DNA of 64,000 bases from an uncultured Gammaproteobacteria bacterium (GTDB lineage: Bacteria > Pseudomonadota > Gammaproteobacteria > JABCZS01). Of this stretch, positions 31,952-44,587 are shown in pieces. The stretch lies in assembly GCA_963848305.1 (NCBI GenBank), contig CAWKDC010000001.1, positions 320,001 through 384,000 of the forward strand. Reading direction: 5' to 3'. Under the pieces are notes generated by a model. That model ran no database searches. It saw only the letters and a list, made by a program, of their open reading frames with translations, and was not told where the DNA came from. Both the position numbers and the translations under genes were made by a program. Numbering within the stretch: the stretch's first letter is position 1; each line of letters opens with the position of its first letter.

Positions 31952-31983
31952 GTGGAGGGGTGCACATGGCTGCACCCCTCTAC
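31952..31983. repeat. GC-rich hairpin / GTAG-type REP-like element between convergent genes
   Basis: GTGGAGGGGTGCA-catggc-TGCACCCCTCTAC; similar to 42956..42982. Confidence 0.5.
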
Positions 31984-31985
31984 AG

Positions 31986-32765
31986 CTAACGATGCAATGA
32001 AGCTGCAAACAACCGCTGAAAATTCCTTGTCGACTCCATCTCAACAGTCTCAACCGGCACACCACGACATTCAGCCAATGCTTCGGCAACGTATCGAACA
32101 TAAGACGGTTCATTTGTTTTTCCACGCATAGGCACGGGTGCCAAATAAGGGCAATCTGTTTCGATCAAATAACGATCAGCAGGGACATTCCGAGCAACCT
32201 CATGCACGGTATTTGCATTTTTAAAGGAAACAATACCTGAAAATGAAATATAAAAACCCAAATCCAATGCTTCCTTTGCCATAGCCCAATCTTCAGTAAA
32301 ACAATGCATGATACCACCAACTTCTCCTGCATTCTCCTCCCGCATGATCTTCAATGTATCAGCTTGCGCCAAGCGCGTGTGAATGATCAATGGTTTCTTT
32401 AACTGTTTGGCTATCGCAATATGATCCCTGAATCTGGCATGTTGCCAGCTTAAATCTTCTTCACCTGCTTGACGATAATAATCTAATCCAGTTTCACCGA
32501 TGGCAATCACTTTCGGATGAGATGCCTGAAGAATCAAGCGATCATGATCGAAATTTTCTCCAGGCGATTCATTCGGATGCATACCCGCAGAAATCCATAT
32601 ATCCTTGTCCTTTGATAAGGTGAGTAATGTCTCATGATCATCGATAGATATAGCAACATTCAAGAAATTAGAAACGCCTACTGATTTAGCGCGTGCATAT
32701 AATTCCTCGAAATTCTCAGGATATCCTGGAACAAGGTGAAAATGACAGTGACTGTCTATGAGCAT
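31986..32765 (-). CDS. tatD: TatD-family DNase
   Basis: MLIDSHCH, GETGLDY, IIHTR, HCFT, ETDCPYLAP. Confidence 0.93.
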   Translation of the reverse strand: MLIDSHCHFHLVPGYPENFEELYARAKSVGVSNFLNVAISIDDHETLLTLSKDKDIWISAGMHPNESPGENFDHDRLILQASHPKVIAIGETGLDYYRQAGEEDLSWQHARFRDHIAIAKQLKKPLIIHTRLAQADTLKIMREENAGEVGGIMHCFTEDWAMAKEALDLGFYISFSGIVSFKNANTVHEVARNVPADRYLIETDCPYLAPVPMRGKTNEPSYVRYVAEALAECRGVPVETVEMESTRNFQRLFAASLHR

Positions 32766-32849
32766 ATTGCCCTCCATAAATGTAGAGGCGGATATTTCCG
32801 CCCGTGCGCCTGGCAGAGCGCGGCTTAGGCGCATGGTCAACCGGGAAGC

Positions 32850-33692
32850 CTACAATAATATCGACCTTACAGATAAATCCCAATTCATCGCCTTCGACAT
32901 CCCAGCCTCTTGATATAAAGCTTGCCATTGATCTAAACGCTGAAAATCTTTGATATCAAGAGAATCTTGCGCACGATTTGCTAATACATGGTACACGATT
33001 GAAAATAAAACATCTCGATTAAAAGTTTTAGCTAATGCGAGGATATTCGGATCTCCATTTTCGACAGCTGACCTTAACGCATTCATTTTATTTAAATCAA
33101 GATTTTTCAATAAAAGTGGAGAACCATCCGTCAAATCATACAACCAATCTTGATGTTCAATACGATTCATATCGCACCAACTTTTAAATTCGATCCGAGA
33201 AACAGGTGCCACATTAATGACGGAAAGCCTGCTCCTGATCGTTGGAATCACGCGCTCAGCATTGCGCGAAGTAAGGACAATCGCCGTTTTCACAAAAGGC
33301 TCTTCAAATGTTTTCAACAATGATTGTTGCGCAGCAGTCGTTGCCCTATCAAAATGTTCAATCAACACCAACCGGCAGCCATCGATACGCATGGGTTTTT
33401 GATGTGTGTGCTCGTCTAATAAACGTGCCATGTCGATGGAAATGGTTTCATTATCCTCATCTTTCAACATCCAAACATCGGGATGCGTGCCTGAATCAAA
33501 CGCATTGCATGATGGGCAGAACCCGCACGGTTTTTCATGATGCTCACACATGAAAGCCTTAGCGACATGTTGAGCCAAAGCCCACTGCCCTCTTCCTTCA
33601 GCACCCGATATCATCAATGGTTGAAAAGTCTTCAGATTGCCTAGTTGAATATGACGCCAATGAGACGCTAGCCATGAATATTCGTTTATCAT
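32850..33692 (-). CDS. holB: DNA polymerase III delta-prime subunit (short, divergent)
   Basis: C..PCGFCPSC..GTHPD, LLKTFEEP, PTIRSR; located after tmk. Confidence 0.85.
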   Translation of the reverse strand: MINEYSWLASHWRHIQLGNLKTFQPLMISGAEGRGQWALAQHVAKAFMCEHHEKPCGFCPSCNAFDSGTHPDVWMLKDEDNETISIDMARLLDEHTHQKPMRIDGCRLVLIEHFDRATTAAQQSLLKTFEEPFVKTAIVLTSRNAERVIPTIRSRLSVINVAPVSRIEFKSWCDMNRIEHQDWLYDLTDGSPLLLKNLDLNKMNALRSAVENGDPNILALAKTFNRDVLFSIVYHVLANRAQDSLDIKDFQRLDQWQALYQEAGMSKAMNWDLSVRSILL

Positions 33693-34306
33693 AGATCGCT
33701 CACACTCGATTGAATCTGGGCTTTGACTTGATCTAATGGCGCTGCTGCATTAATGACGACATAACGTGAAGGATCAGCAGCAGCGCGTTCTAAATAACAT
33801 TTTCTGACACGCTCAAAAAAGGCATGTGATTCAGCTTCGAAACGATCGGTGGATTGGCGAGCCTTTGCGCGCTGCATCGCAACATCAACAGGCGCATCTA
33901 ACAGTAATACTAAATCCGCTTTAAAATCTTTTAGCACCATTTTTTCCAGCAATGAAATCCGTGTCATGTCCAAACCTCGACCTGCGCCTTGATAAGCAAA
34001 ACTGGCATCTATAAAGCGATCTGAAACAACCCATTTCCCCTCAGCCAACGCAGGAAATATAACCTGATGCACATGTTGAGCACGTGCAGCAAACATCAAC
34101 AATAATTCCGTATCGGGGTGAACAGACTCACTGTTAGACTTCACTGCCAATTGTCGAATTGATTCCGCCAAAGGCGTGCCACCTGGCTCGCGAGTACGCA
34201 CCACTGATTTCCCTGACTTCTCCAAGGTTTCAATCACAAAAGACTGAACAGTGGATTTTCCAACGCCCTCAATTCCTTCTAACGTGATGAGTTTTCCTGT
34301 GTTCAT
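33689..34306 (-). CDS. tmk: Thymidylate kinase
   Basis: ITLEGIEGVGKST, TREPGGT, SDRF..S-x-AYQG. Confidence 0.95.
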   Translation of the reverse strand: MNTGKLITLEGIEGVGKSTVQSFVIETLEKSGKSVVRTREPGGTPLAESIRQLAVKSNSESVHPDTELLLMFAARAQHVHQVIFPALAEGKWVVSDRFIDASFAYQGAGRGLDMTRISLLEKMVLKDFKADLVLLLDAPVDVAMQRAKARQSTDRFEAESHAFFERVRKCYLERAAADPSRYVVINAAAPLDQVKAQIQSSVSDL

Positions 34307-35307
34307 GGTTTGGTTTCCTTTTTAACACGATTGACATATCTTACCACGGCCTTATTATGTGCATCTAAGGTTTCAGAAAAAACATGCGATCCATCACCTT
34401 GCGACACAAAATACAAATACTTCCCATCAACAGGGTGTACTGCTGACCATACGGCATTTTTAGAGGGAAAGCAAATGGGTGTCGGAGGCAAACCTGTATT
34501 TAAGTAGCTATTATAGGGACCTGGTGTTTGCAAGTTTTTTTTGGTGAGCTTACCTTTGTATGATTCTCCCATGCCATAGATAACAGTGGGATCCATTTGA
34601 AGCGGCATGCCTAATTTTAGTCGATTGATGATAACGCGCGCAATTTTCGTGCGCTCCTCTGGAATGGCTGCTTCCTTTTCTAAAATGGATGCCACAATCA
34701 ATGTTTCATACACATTTTTAAAGGGAACGGCTGGATCTCGCTCTTCAAATATTTTTGTTGCATAATGCATGGCGTCTTCGTGGGCGCGTTTGATGATATC
34801 TACATCTGATTCTCCTTTCGGGAAAAAATAGGTTTCAGGCATCAATAGCCCTTCCATTTTGGTCAATACATTGTCGTCAAATGGCTGTGTTCGCTGAATG
34901 GACGGATCGCTTTTGATCGCTTCAATCAACTCTCGTACAGTCCCCCCTTCAGGCACACGCAATGAATGCATGAAAATCTCGCCTTTACGCATTTTGATCA
35001 TCAAGGCGTTTGGGCTCATCCCAGAATACACTTCATATTCACCCGCATGCATATGCTTGTCGCTGCCAGTTAATCGGATATACCATTCAAACAATGGAGC
35101 GGATCGGATGAAGCCCTTTTTTTGCAAATCTCTTGACATCATTTTAACGGACATCCCTTTTGGATATTCATAAATAACGTCAGGTGCAGGCAATGTCATG
35201 GGGCGAAAAAGCCCTTGATACAATTGATAGGAGAGAAAAATAAGCAAGCATGCAATGAGATAACATGCCAGATTAAAAATCCGCTTTTTAGACATGCCAT
35301 ACCTCAT
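34303..35307 (-). CDS. mltG: Endolytic transglycosylase
   Basis: EGLLMPETY, ASILEKE, LQMDPTVIYG, YNSY..GLPPTPI. Confidence 0.93.
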   Translation of the reverse strand: MRYGMSKKRIFNLACYLIACLLIFLSYQLYQGLFRPMTLPAPDVIYEYPKGMSVKMMSRDLQKKGFIRSAPLFEWYIRLTGSDKHMHAGEYEVYSGMSPNALMIKMRKGEIFMHSLRVPEGGTVRELIEAIKSDPSIQRTQPFDDNVLTKMEGLLMPETYFFPKGESDVDIIKRAHEDAMHYATKIFEERDPAVPFKNVYETLIVASILEKEAAIPEERTKIARVIINRLKLGMPLQMDPTVIYGMGESYKGKLTKKNLQTPGPYNSYLNTGLPPTPICFPSKNAVWSAVHPVDGKYLYFVSQGDGSHVFSETLDAHNKAVVRYVNRVKKETKP

Positions 35308-35325
35308 CCATGGTGGCTATCGATT

Positions 35326-36564
35326 TTAGGCTGTGAATTTTTTCAAAATCAACGTGCCATTGGTACCCCCAAACCCGAAGTTATTGTTCATTCCAGCAAC
35401 AATCTTCATGGGTTGAGGCACATTGGGCACATAGTTTAAACGACAATCTTCACTGGGGTGATCTAAATTGGTAGTAGGTGGCGCGATTTGATCGCGAATT
35501 GCCAATACCACGAACATGGTTTCTAGCGCACCGGCAGCACCCAATAAATGCCCTGTCATCGATTTGGTAGAACTCATGGCCAGTTTATGGGCGTGTTCAC
35601 CAAAAAGGGTTTCGACTGATTGAGATTCGGTGCTGTCACCAACTGATGTTGACGTTCCATGTGCATTGATGTATTGAATGTCAGCTGTTGTTAAATTTGC
35701 ATCACGCAACGCATTCTTCATACATTCTATCGCACCGACACCACTCGGGGCAGTGACATGATACGCATCAGCACTCATGCCATAACCGACGACTTCGGCA
35801 TAAATTTTTGCGCCACGTGCTTGGGCATGTTCCAGTGATTCCATCACGAGCACAGCAGCGCCATCACCCATCACAAAACCATCGCGGTCTTTGTCGAATG
35901 GCCTGGATGCATGGGTAGGATCATCGTTACGGGTCGATAAGGCACGGGCTGCACAGAAGCCGCCTAAACCCAATGGGGTGATTGCCTTTTCAGCGCCACC
36001 GGCCAACATCACATCGGCTTCACCATATTGAATCATGCGGTAAGCAGCACCAATGTTATGTGTTCCTGTTGTACAGGCTGTGACAACGCTGATATTCGGT
36101 CCGCGTAACCCAAACATCATCGAGACTTTCCCAGCGACCATATTGATGATACTGCCAGGAATGGAGAATGGGTTCACCTTGCGAGGACCATGGTGCTCGA
36201 TGGCATCCCAGATGCCTTCTAGCACGGATGCCCCACCAATACCTGAACCAATGGCAACGCCCATGCGCCCACCATTTTCTTCTGTGACCACCAAACCAGC
36301 ATCTTTCATCGCCTGGGCTGCGGCATACATACCATATATAATAAAGCCATCAAAGCGACGTTCGTCTTGTTTGGAAATCAAGTCTCCAGTATCCAGGTCT
36401 TTCACCTGGGCAGCAAAGCGTGTGGAATACTCGCTGACGTCGAAAGATGTGATAGGGGCGACACCGCTTTGCCCAGCCAGTATGTTTTTCCAGATCTGTT
36501 CGACCTCGTTCCCCAATGGAGAAACTGCTCCCAGTCCTGTGATCACAACTCGTCTTTTTGACAC
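35326..36564 (-). CDS. fabF: 3-oxoacyl-ACP synthase II
   Basis: [35 protein letters not shown]. Confidence 0.95.
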   Translation of the reverse strand: MSKRRVVITGLGAVSPLGNEVEQIWKNILAGQSGVAPITSFDVSEYSTRFAAQVKDLDTGDLISKQDERRFDGFIIYGMYAAAQAMKDAGLVVTEENGGRMGVAIGSGIGGASVLEGIWDAIEHHGPRKVNPFSIPGSIINMVAGKVSMMFGLRGPNISVVTACTTGTHNIGAAYRMIQYGEADVMLAGGAEKAITPLGLGGFCAARALSTRNDDPTHASRPFDKDRDGFVMGDGAAVLVMESLEHAQARGAKIYAEVVGYGMSADAYHVTAPSGVGAIECMKNALRDANLTTADIQYINAHGTSTSVGDSTESQSVETLFGEHAHKLAMSSTKSMTGHLLGAAGALETMFVVLAIRDQIAPPTTNLDHPSEDCRLNYVPNVPQPMKIVAGMNNNFGFGGTNGTLILKKFTA

Positions 36565-36588
36565 GGTGTATACCCCCTTATTCAGCCA

Positions 36589-36837
36589 TTACCCTTTCGC
36601 GCGTTGTGAAATATAATCAATCACGTTTTGAATGGTTTTCAATTTCTCAGCTTCTTCATCAGGAATTTCAGCACCAAACTCTTCTTCAAAAGCCATGACC
36701 AATTCAACAGTATCAAGCGAATCAGCCTTCAAGTCGGTCACGAATTCAGACGTATTGGAAATATCTGATTCGTTTACTTCTAACTGCTCAGCAACGATTT
36801 GCTTCACGCGTTTTTCGATATCGTTCGTATTTGACAT
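36589..36837 (-). CDS. acpP: Acyl carrier protein
   Basis: [17 protein letters not shown]. Confidence 0.96.
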   Translation of the reverse strand: MSNTNDIEKRVKQIVAEQLEVNESDISNTSEFVTDLKADSLDTVELVMAFEEEFGAEIPDEEAEKLKTIQNVIDYISQRAKG

Positions 36838-37129
36838 TCAAAGTCTCCTCAAAATATAGATAAAAGCCAATTAGCGACCAGATCATACCCGCTTTCAACC
36901 CATTTGGGTAGAGGGGGTATGAATACTGATGACCTATAACCATCTTATCCCCTTCCTTAGCAACCAAACAGGCAATGTTTCCTCGATAAGATACTTGCTA
37001 TGAATAGATCAGTGTGAAAAATATAAGTATGGCAGTTGCCTGGCTATGCTTAAGCAAGCAGCCACCCCGTAAGATGCCATGGCAGTGATGGACCGTCTGG
37101 TGACACTGCTAAGAAGAAGTCCTGCGTTT

Positions 37130-38629
37130 TTAAGGAGGGCACTCTGACATTTCCAGCTGTCTTAAAGCTCGATTGAAAATGGGCAACCCATCATCGGGCG
37201 CTTGATTTGCACAATCGCTTTCAAGCTTATCTCTAGCATCATGGTAACTGATCCATGGAATCGTTGTGGTATAAGCTTGTGCTTGATCAATAACTTTACA
37301 ATATGTTTGAAAATGGTGATCTCTGGTTGCCCTTCTAAGCCCATTGATATAATTATCTCTGTGCACAGTAGGAATAACGATTTTAAAACAGCCCGCCTGT
37401 ACCAGCTCTGCGTTCATCATGATTCTAGCAATTCTACCATTCCCATCTTCGAATGGATGAACCTCGCTCACCATAAAATGCATGAAAAGCGCTTTTTCCA
37501 ACCCGGGCTGAAGTTGGGCATACAATTCAAACCCTAATGTCAAAGTGGCAACCACCTCACTTGGGAGCACAAAATAAGTATTACCTGCAATATTGGCTCT
37601 TTTCTTAAATTCGCCTGGAAACTTATCGGGGCGTTCCTGCATTAAGATTTCATGCCTTGACTGCAAAATTTCTAAAAATTCAGCGGGCGTTCTGGGTGTA
37701 ATGCACATTTGTGAAAAATCATTCGTTAAATAGTAAAGCGCCAAGACATCATGGCTGTCTGCATGGCGATTTATAATATCTTTTTTATTAAAAACAATAT
37801 CCTCAGCCTCATCAATCGTAAACCGCGTCCCTTCAATATAATTGGAAAAATATGATTCAAAAAAAGACAGATAATTATAGGTTGTTTTGTTATATTCATA
37901 TGATCTTTTTTTAAAATGACAACGTTTTAAATACAGTGCAAGCGATTCAAATAATCTGATTCGCCCTTCATCATATGGCTCTTTTTTAGCGATTGCTTTC
38001 GCGTAACGCGTTTTAAGAATATCAGCATCTTCACGAGTTGATAATAATGCACTGATAATTTGATTCAGTACTTTAAACTCTGAATTGAGGTTTAAATCGG
38101 TGGCAACAATTTTTGCATCATCTCTAATGCGATTCAATGTTGCTTCCCCCCTGCCCCTCATCACCCGCGTCAGGTAGCGCTCCACACCTTCATGAGCAAC
38201 AGTTTTAATACCATGGTACGCTTTGAGATTAACTTTGCTCAAGTTTTCCAGTAACATTCGTGGCTCACTGCTTCTCGATAACGTGAGGGACACTGGTTCA
38301 ATATAATCACGATAATTTCCCTTAAGAACCTTGATGATCAAACCAGGTAATTTAATGGTTTTTGTGTATGTGCTGGTCATGAAGACAATAGCATCTTTCT
38401 TTTCAAAAGGGATCGGTTTTAAATCAAATGCAGTCCTAAAGCTTAAAATGCCCTGTGAAACTATGTGGGAAACGATAAACATCCATTCTTTCTGCACAAT
38501 CTCTTCAAGAGGTTCATCTAAATCATCAGTGTAGATTCCATGATAAATACGACGGAGCTTGCCCTGCAAAAATTGCTTAGAGAGCAATTTAGCTTCACCG
38601 GGGGAACCTGAGAATATGACCTTAGCCAT
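37130..38629 (-). CDS. Fic-domain protein (class II-like) with putative AbiEi-like N-terminal region
   Basis: HPFEDGNGRIAR catalytic motif; SNYIEG inhibitory motif; N-terminal GKLRRIYHGIY. Confidence 0.85.
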   Translation of the reverse strand: MAKVIFSGSPGEAKLLSKQFLQGKLRRIYHGIYTDDLDEPLEEIVQKEWMFIVSHIVSQGILSFRTAFDLKPIPFEKKDAIVFMTSTYTKTIKLPGLIIKVLKGNYRDYIEPVSLTLSRSSEPRMLLENLSKVNLKAYHGIKTVAHEGVERYLTRVMRGRGEATLNRIRDDAKIVATDLNLNSEFKVLNQIISALLSTREDADILKTRYAKAIAKKEPYDEGRIRLFESLALYLKRCHFKKRSYEYNKTTYNYLSFFESYFSNYIEGTRFTIDEAEDIVFNKKDIINRHADSHDVLALYYLTNDFSQMCITPRTPAEFLEILQSRHEILMQERPDKFPGEFKKRANIAGNTYFVLPSEVVATLTLGFELYAQLQPGLEKALFMHFMVSEVHPFEDGNGRIARIMMNAELVQAGCFKIVIPTVHRDNYINGLRRATRDHHFQTYCKVIDQAQAYTTTIPWISYHDARDKLESDCANQAPDDGLPIFNRALRQLEMSECPP

Positions 38630-38658
38630 TTAGTGGAACTCCAGACCAATATAACTGA

Positions 38659-38708
38659 TGATAGGCGAACTTCAGCATATTTGCAAGGCCAAAAAGCGAA
38701 CTTCAGCA
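38659..38708 (-). promoter_or_regulatory. Fic promoter with two 13-bp direct repeats
   Basis: TTGCAA-17nt-TATCAT; GCGAACTTCAGCA at 38665 and 38696. Confidence 0.6.
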
Positions 38709-38717
38709 GATCTATGG

Positions 38718-39041
38718 CTAAGAAAGGATATTGATAGCCTCATGCAAGAGCGCCCTGATGGCCTGGTGACTTGTGCCAACGGGTGAGGGGGAAACAATGG
38801 GGGCTGCTTCCATCAGCTGGGCACGAGCTCCACTGATGGTAAATCCCTTTTCATAAAGAAGGTGCTTGATTTGCTCGATCATCAGAACATCTTCGCGGCG
38901 ATAATAACGTCGGTTACCGCGGCGTTTATTGGGCCGCAGGACGTCGAATTCCTGTTCCCAGTAACGCAATACGTGGGGTTTCAGCGCGCATAACGTGCTA
39001 ACCTCGCCAATGGTGAAATAGCGTTTATCAGGAATGACCAT
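38718..39041 (-). CDS. MerR-family HTH protein typically downstream of ihfA
   Basis: [32 protein letters not shown]-x-GA. Confidence 0.9.
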   Translation of the reverse strand: MVIPDKRYFTIGEVSTLCALKPHVLRYWEQEFDVLRPNKRRGNRRYYRREDVLMIEQIKHLLYEKGFTISGARAQLMEAAPIVSPSPVGTSHQAIRALLHEAINILS

Positions 39042-39345
39042 CCTTACGCTCCAAGGCCTCCACTTTCGCCTTCAACTTTTGACCGGCATGGAATGTGACC
39101 ACGCGGCGCGGTTTGATAGGAATCGCCACCCCTGTTTTGGGATTGCGACCTGGACGCTCGTTTTTATCGCGCAGTGTATAGTTGCCATAACCAGACAACT
39201 TCACCTCATGCCCTGATTCCAAGGCTTCGCGTATTTCTTCAAAAAAAATCTCGACAACTTCTTTGGCTTCACGATTATTAAAGCCCAAGCTATTACATAG
39301 CATTTCAGCAATGTCTGCTTTCGTTATCGTCGTGGTAGTGGACAT
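39028..39345 (-). CDS. ihfA: Integration host factor alpha
   Basis: VKLSG-x-[17 protein letters not shown]-x-AGQKLK; follows pheT. Confidence 0.94.
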   Translation of the reverse strand: MSTTTTITKADIAEMLCNSLGFNNREAKEVVEIFFEEIREALESGHEVKLSGYGNYTLRDKNERPGRNPKTGVAIPIKPRRVVTFHAGQKLKAKVEALERKDGHS

Positions 39346-39348
39346 GGT

Positions 39349-41369
39349 TTATTCCCTTACAATGGCCCCAAATGCTTGCTTTAACCCGTGAATCACAGCC
39401 TGCATCGCTGCACTGACTTCGTCATCTATAAGAGTGCGCGAAGAATGCTGTAAAATCAAGCCCAAAGCTACACTTTTTTTACCTTTTTCAAGGTGTTCCC
39501 CTTGGTAGACATCAAAAATCTCAACATGCGTCAATATAACGCCGCCCAGAGCGCGCACCTTCCCTAATATATCATCGGCGGATATGGCATTATCAACCAC
39601 AATTGCCAAATCACGGCGTATGGCTGGGAATTTTGAGCCTTCCGCGAAATGCAATGTACGTCCATGGAGCAGAGGATCACGCGATAATTCACATACAAAC
39701 ACAGGACCCCGCAGATCAAATGTTTTCAATAATCGAGGATGCAACGCACCCAACACCCCAATGGTATGCCCGCCCTGGACAATGGCCGCCGCTTGCCCCG
39801 GGCCAATACAGGGTGATCTGTCGGCACAAAATGGGTTGCTTTAGGGTTGAAGGACAACAGAGCCTCCACATCCCCTTTTAAATCATAAAAATCATAAGAG
39901 CGAGGCTTTTGCTGTTGCCAAAACCCTTCGGTTTGACCACATATCAGCAAGGCAAGGTGCTCTTCAAAACGAACGTCAGGCAGCCCGCCATCAAAGCACT
40001 GCCCTGCTTCAAACAACCGCATGCTATTTATTTGGCGCGCCTGATTGTAAAGGGCTGTTTGCAGCAGTCCTAATAAAAGACTATGGCGCATCACAGCCAT
40101 ATCGGGGGACAAAGGGTTCAACAATGCGATGGGCACGACGGAGGGAAACAATGCCCGCTGAAGCGATTCATCCACAAAACTGTAGGTAATAACCTCTTGA
40201 TATCCCCGATCAACCAGCACGTCTTTCAGGCGCCCCAGTGGAGTCGCCGACTCGCTCGCCGTGGAAGCGGGGACAATCGGAGGTAACGCTTCAGGAATAC
40301 GATCATAGCCATATACCCGCGCGACTTCTTCGACTAAATCTTCAGGAATTTGAATATCAAAACGGAATGAAGGCGGAACCACCGTTATTGCATCACCCTT
40401 CACGTCGCAAACCATGTGAAGGCGCTTCAGTAACGAGGCTGCTGTTGATATATCTATCTCAATACCTAATCGAGACTTTAACAGTGACATCGGCAGAACA
40501 GTTTTAACAGAAGAAGGTAAGGCGGCTGCTTCAATCCGCTGAACAGGCCCAGCATGCCCGCCTGCTGCTTCCAATATTAACGCCGTGACGCGTTCGAGTG
40601 CGCGTTCCGCAAGTGTTGGGTCTACACCCCGCTCAAAACGCATCGCCGCATCACTGCTCACACGGTATTGTCGCGCGCGACCTCGCACCGCAGAGGGCAA
40701 GAAAAATGCGCTTTCAATCAACAGATCGGTTGTATGTGGCGTGACACCACTGTCGGCACAACCCATGACACCTGCGATCGCCAAGACTTTTTTCTCATCA
40801 GCGATGACACAGGTTTTATCATCGAGTGTCACAGTGCTATTATCAATCAAAGTGATTTTTTCGTTATTACTTTGACGGACACACACTGTGCCCTCAAGCA
40901 TCGCCGCATCAAATGCATGTAAGGGTTGCCCTAATTCCATCATGACATAATTGGCAATGTCCACGACGATGGATACACTCTTCATACCCGTGCTCTGCAA
41001 ACGTTCCAAGATCCACTGAGGCGTTTTGGCAGCCGCGTTTACCCCAGTGATACGTCGACTGAAATAGCGCAAACAGGCAGCACTGTCCTTGACGACCACG
41101 GGCCACGTGTCAGATACAGAGGGCACCACCGGATCAATTGATAATGGTATAAATTCTGCTTCAAGCAGTGCAGCAGCTTCTCGTGCCACGCCTTGCACGC
41201 TCAGGCAATCGCCTCGATTCGGCGTGACGCCCAATTCAATCCAGTGGTCATCGCCAACAACCGTCATGCTATCGAGCTCTAAACCCCCAGCCGTTAATAC
41301 ATCGCCCAACACTTTGGGAGACACAGTGGCACTGACCCATGTTTTCAGCCATTTGATGCTACATTTCAT
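39349..41369 (-). CDS. pheT: Phenylalanine-tRNA ligase beta subunit (short form); apparent frameshift at ~39800
   Basis: TPNRGDCLS, GQPLHAFD, RFERGVD, EDLVEEVARVYGY, SKFPAIRRDLA; two ORFs join with one base. Confidence 0.92.
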
Positions 41370-41417
41370 ACTTTCCAAACCCTATTTAATGATCTTGTCA
41401 CGCCTTATCCTTTCAGC

Positions 41418-42844
<1,427 letters not shown>

Positions 42845-43007
42845 GTGTTCCTCCTAAAAAACGCCTCCCTTGAAAAGGCTTTGTTGCATCATTAGGTGTA
42901 CAGTCGCAACATGCCTTAATGTATGCGATTTCAAGATTGATGTGCTTTGCACATCAAGGGTGCAGCATGCTTCACCCTTACAATCGCTGCGCGATTTTTT
43001 CTAAAAT

Positions 43008-43697
43008 TCATACCCAAATTGCCCGCGACAAAATCGGTCTACCATCCAGCAAATGTTCAATCATCGGTCGCAATAAAATCTGGGATTCTTTCGCACTGAT
43101 CGGATCAGACAAATCATCTTGTGCTAAATCCAACAATGTTTTCCCTAAAATACCGCGAGCACTTTCGTGGTGAACAGGTCTTGCGCCTGATTTAGGCAAG
43201 AAAGTATAACGCATGGTGGGAATAATTGCTAAACCATCGATGTCATGCGTCAACGTCAACGCATAGCCTAATTCATCCAATAAATGTTTTTCAAAAATAC
43301 GTAATGCAGGACCATGATTATCAGACCGCGCTAATGCAATCAATGTCTGTTGATACACATCGAACAAAGCATGATGCTCGAGGCCTGGCGGCAACAACCA
43401 ATAAAGCAGTTCATTCAAATATAACCCACAGGCGATGCGATTACCATTCAAAGCCTGCCAATCTCCATGTAATTCACAGTGTTTGAGATATTTAAGATCA
43501 CCACGTCCTTGAAATGAAATCAGCAATGGCACAAATGGCTGAAGCAATGCTTTCATTGGGGACTTTGGTGTGCGAACACCTTTAGCCAATAAATTAATTT
43601 TGCCATGGCGAGCAGTGAAACACGTCAATAAGACACTTGTCTCACTGTAATGACGCAAATGAATCACATACGATTCTTGCCCATAGAAAGGCTTCAT
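43008..43697 (-). CDS. recO: DNA repair protein RecO
   Basis: YSETS, LLQPF, GLYLNELL, LRIFEK-x-LL-x-ELGY; after era. Confidence 0.92.
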   Translation of the reverse strand: MKPFYGQESYVIHLRHYSETSVLLTCFTARHGKINLLAKGVRTPKSPMKALLQPFVPLLISFQGRGDLKYLKHCELHGDWQALNGNRIACGLYLNELLYWLLPPGLEHHALFDVYQQTLIALARSDNHGPALRIFEKHLLDELGYALTLTHDIDGLAIIPTMRYTFLPKSGARPVHHESARGILGKTLLDLAQDDLSDPISAKESQILLRPMIEHLLDGRPILSRAIWV

Positions 43698-44587
43698 GAA
43701 TCATAACCCCATTTTTTTAACCGGTTTTCATCATCTGCCCATCGATCCTTGACGCGTACCCACAAACGCAACATCACTGGCTTCCCAAACATTTTCTCCA
43801 TATCTAGCCGCGCGTCCATGCCAATGGATTTCAAGCGCTCACCGCCCTTTCCAATCACAATCGCTTTCTGCCCTTCTCTCGCAACAATCAATGTTGCATT
43901 GACATGAACAATACTTTCTTCTTTCTTAATGCTATCGATAGCGACATGCACTTCGTAGGGCAATTCTTCACCCAGGGTGCGCATCAGTTTTTCACGGATC
44001 ATTTCGCTGGCACGGAAATATTCATCACGATCTGTGATCGCTTCTTCAGGAAAATAAAAGAAATCAGATTCAGGCAACAAGGATTTAATCACCTCTTCTA
44101 ATACCTCAACTTGTTTTCCATTTTTGGCACACACGGGCACAACGGCTTTAAAGGCATATTCTTTCATCAGCATTTCAATGTGCGGCAACAGAATATCCTT
44201 ATCTTCTAAGGTGTCTGTTTTATTGATCACCAAAATTGTCGGCTTGTCAGCCCGTTTGACTTGCTTGAGCGCCCATGCATCGCCTTCATTGAAATAAATA
44301 CCGTCTACAACAAAGCACACCACATCGACATCACCCAATGCTGACAATGCTGCTTTATTCATATAATGATTGATTTTTCTGCCACCGCCGCGGTGAAGCC
44401 CTGGTGTGTCAACATAAATATATTGTGCATCACCTTCCGTTTTGACACCCAAAATTCGGTGACGCGTTGTTTGAGGTTTGCGCGATGTGATGCTGAGTTT
44501 TTGTTTTAGAATGCAGTTCAATAATGTAGATTTCCCCACATTCGGGCGCCCGACCAACGCCACATACCCTGACTGTTTATGGCTCAT
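43694..44587 (-). CDS. era: GTPase Era
   Basis: GRPNVGKSTLLN, KPQTTR, DTPG, KH-domain IGKGG. Confidence 0.96.
   Translation of the reverse strand: MSHKQSGYVALVGRPNVGKSTLLNCILKQKLSITSRKPQTTRHRILGVKTEGDAQYIYVDTPGLHRGGGRKINHYMNKAALSALGDVDVVCFVVDGIYFNEGDAWALKQVKRADKPTILVINKTDTLEDKDILLPHIEMLMKEYAFKAVVPVCAKNGKQVEVLEEVIKSLLPESDFFYFPEEAITDRDEYFRASEMIREKLMRTLGEELPYEVHVAIDSIKKEESIVHVNATLIVAREGQKAIVIGKGGERLKSIGMDARLDMEKMFGKPVMLRLWVRVKDRWADDENRLKKWGYDS

Noticed and set aside
38630-38717. tRNA-Pro expected after ihfA-merR
   Set aside because: No cloverleaf or T-loop GTTC motif visible; no tRNA or rRNA seen anywhere in the window
42845-43007. pheM-like leader peptide
   Set aside because: Only very short ORFs with at most two Phe codons, and acpS lies between this region and pheS
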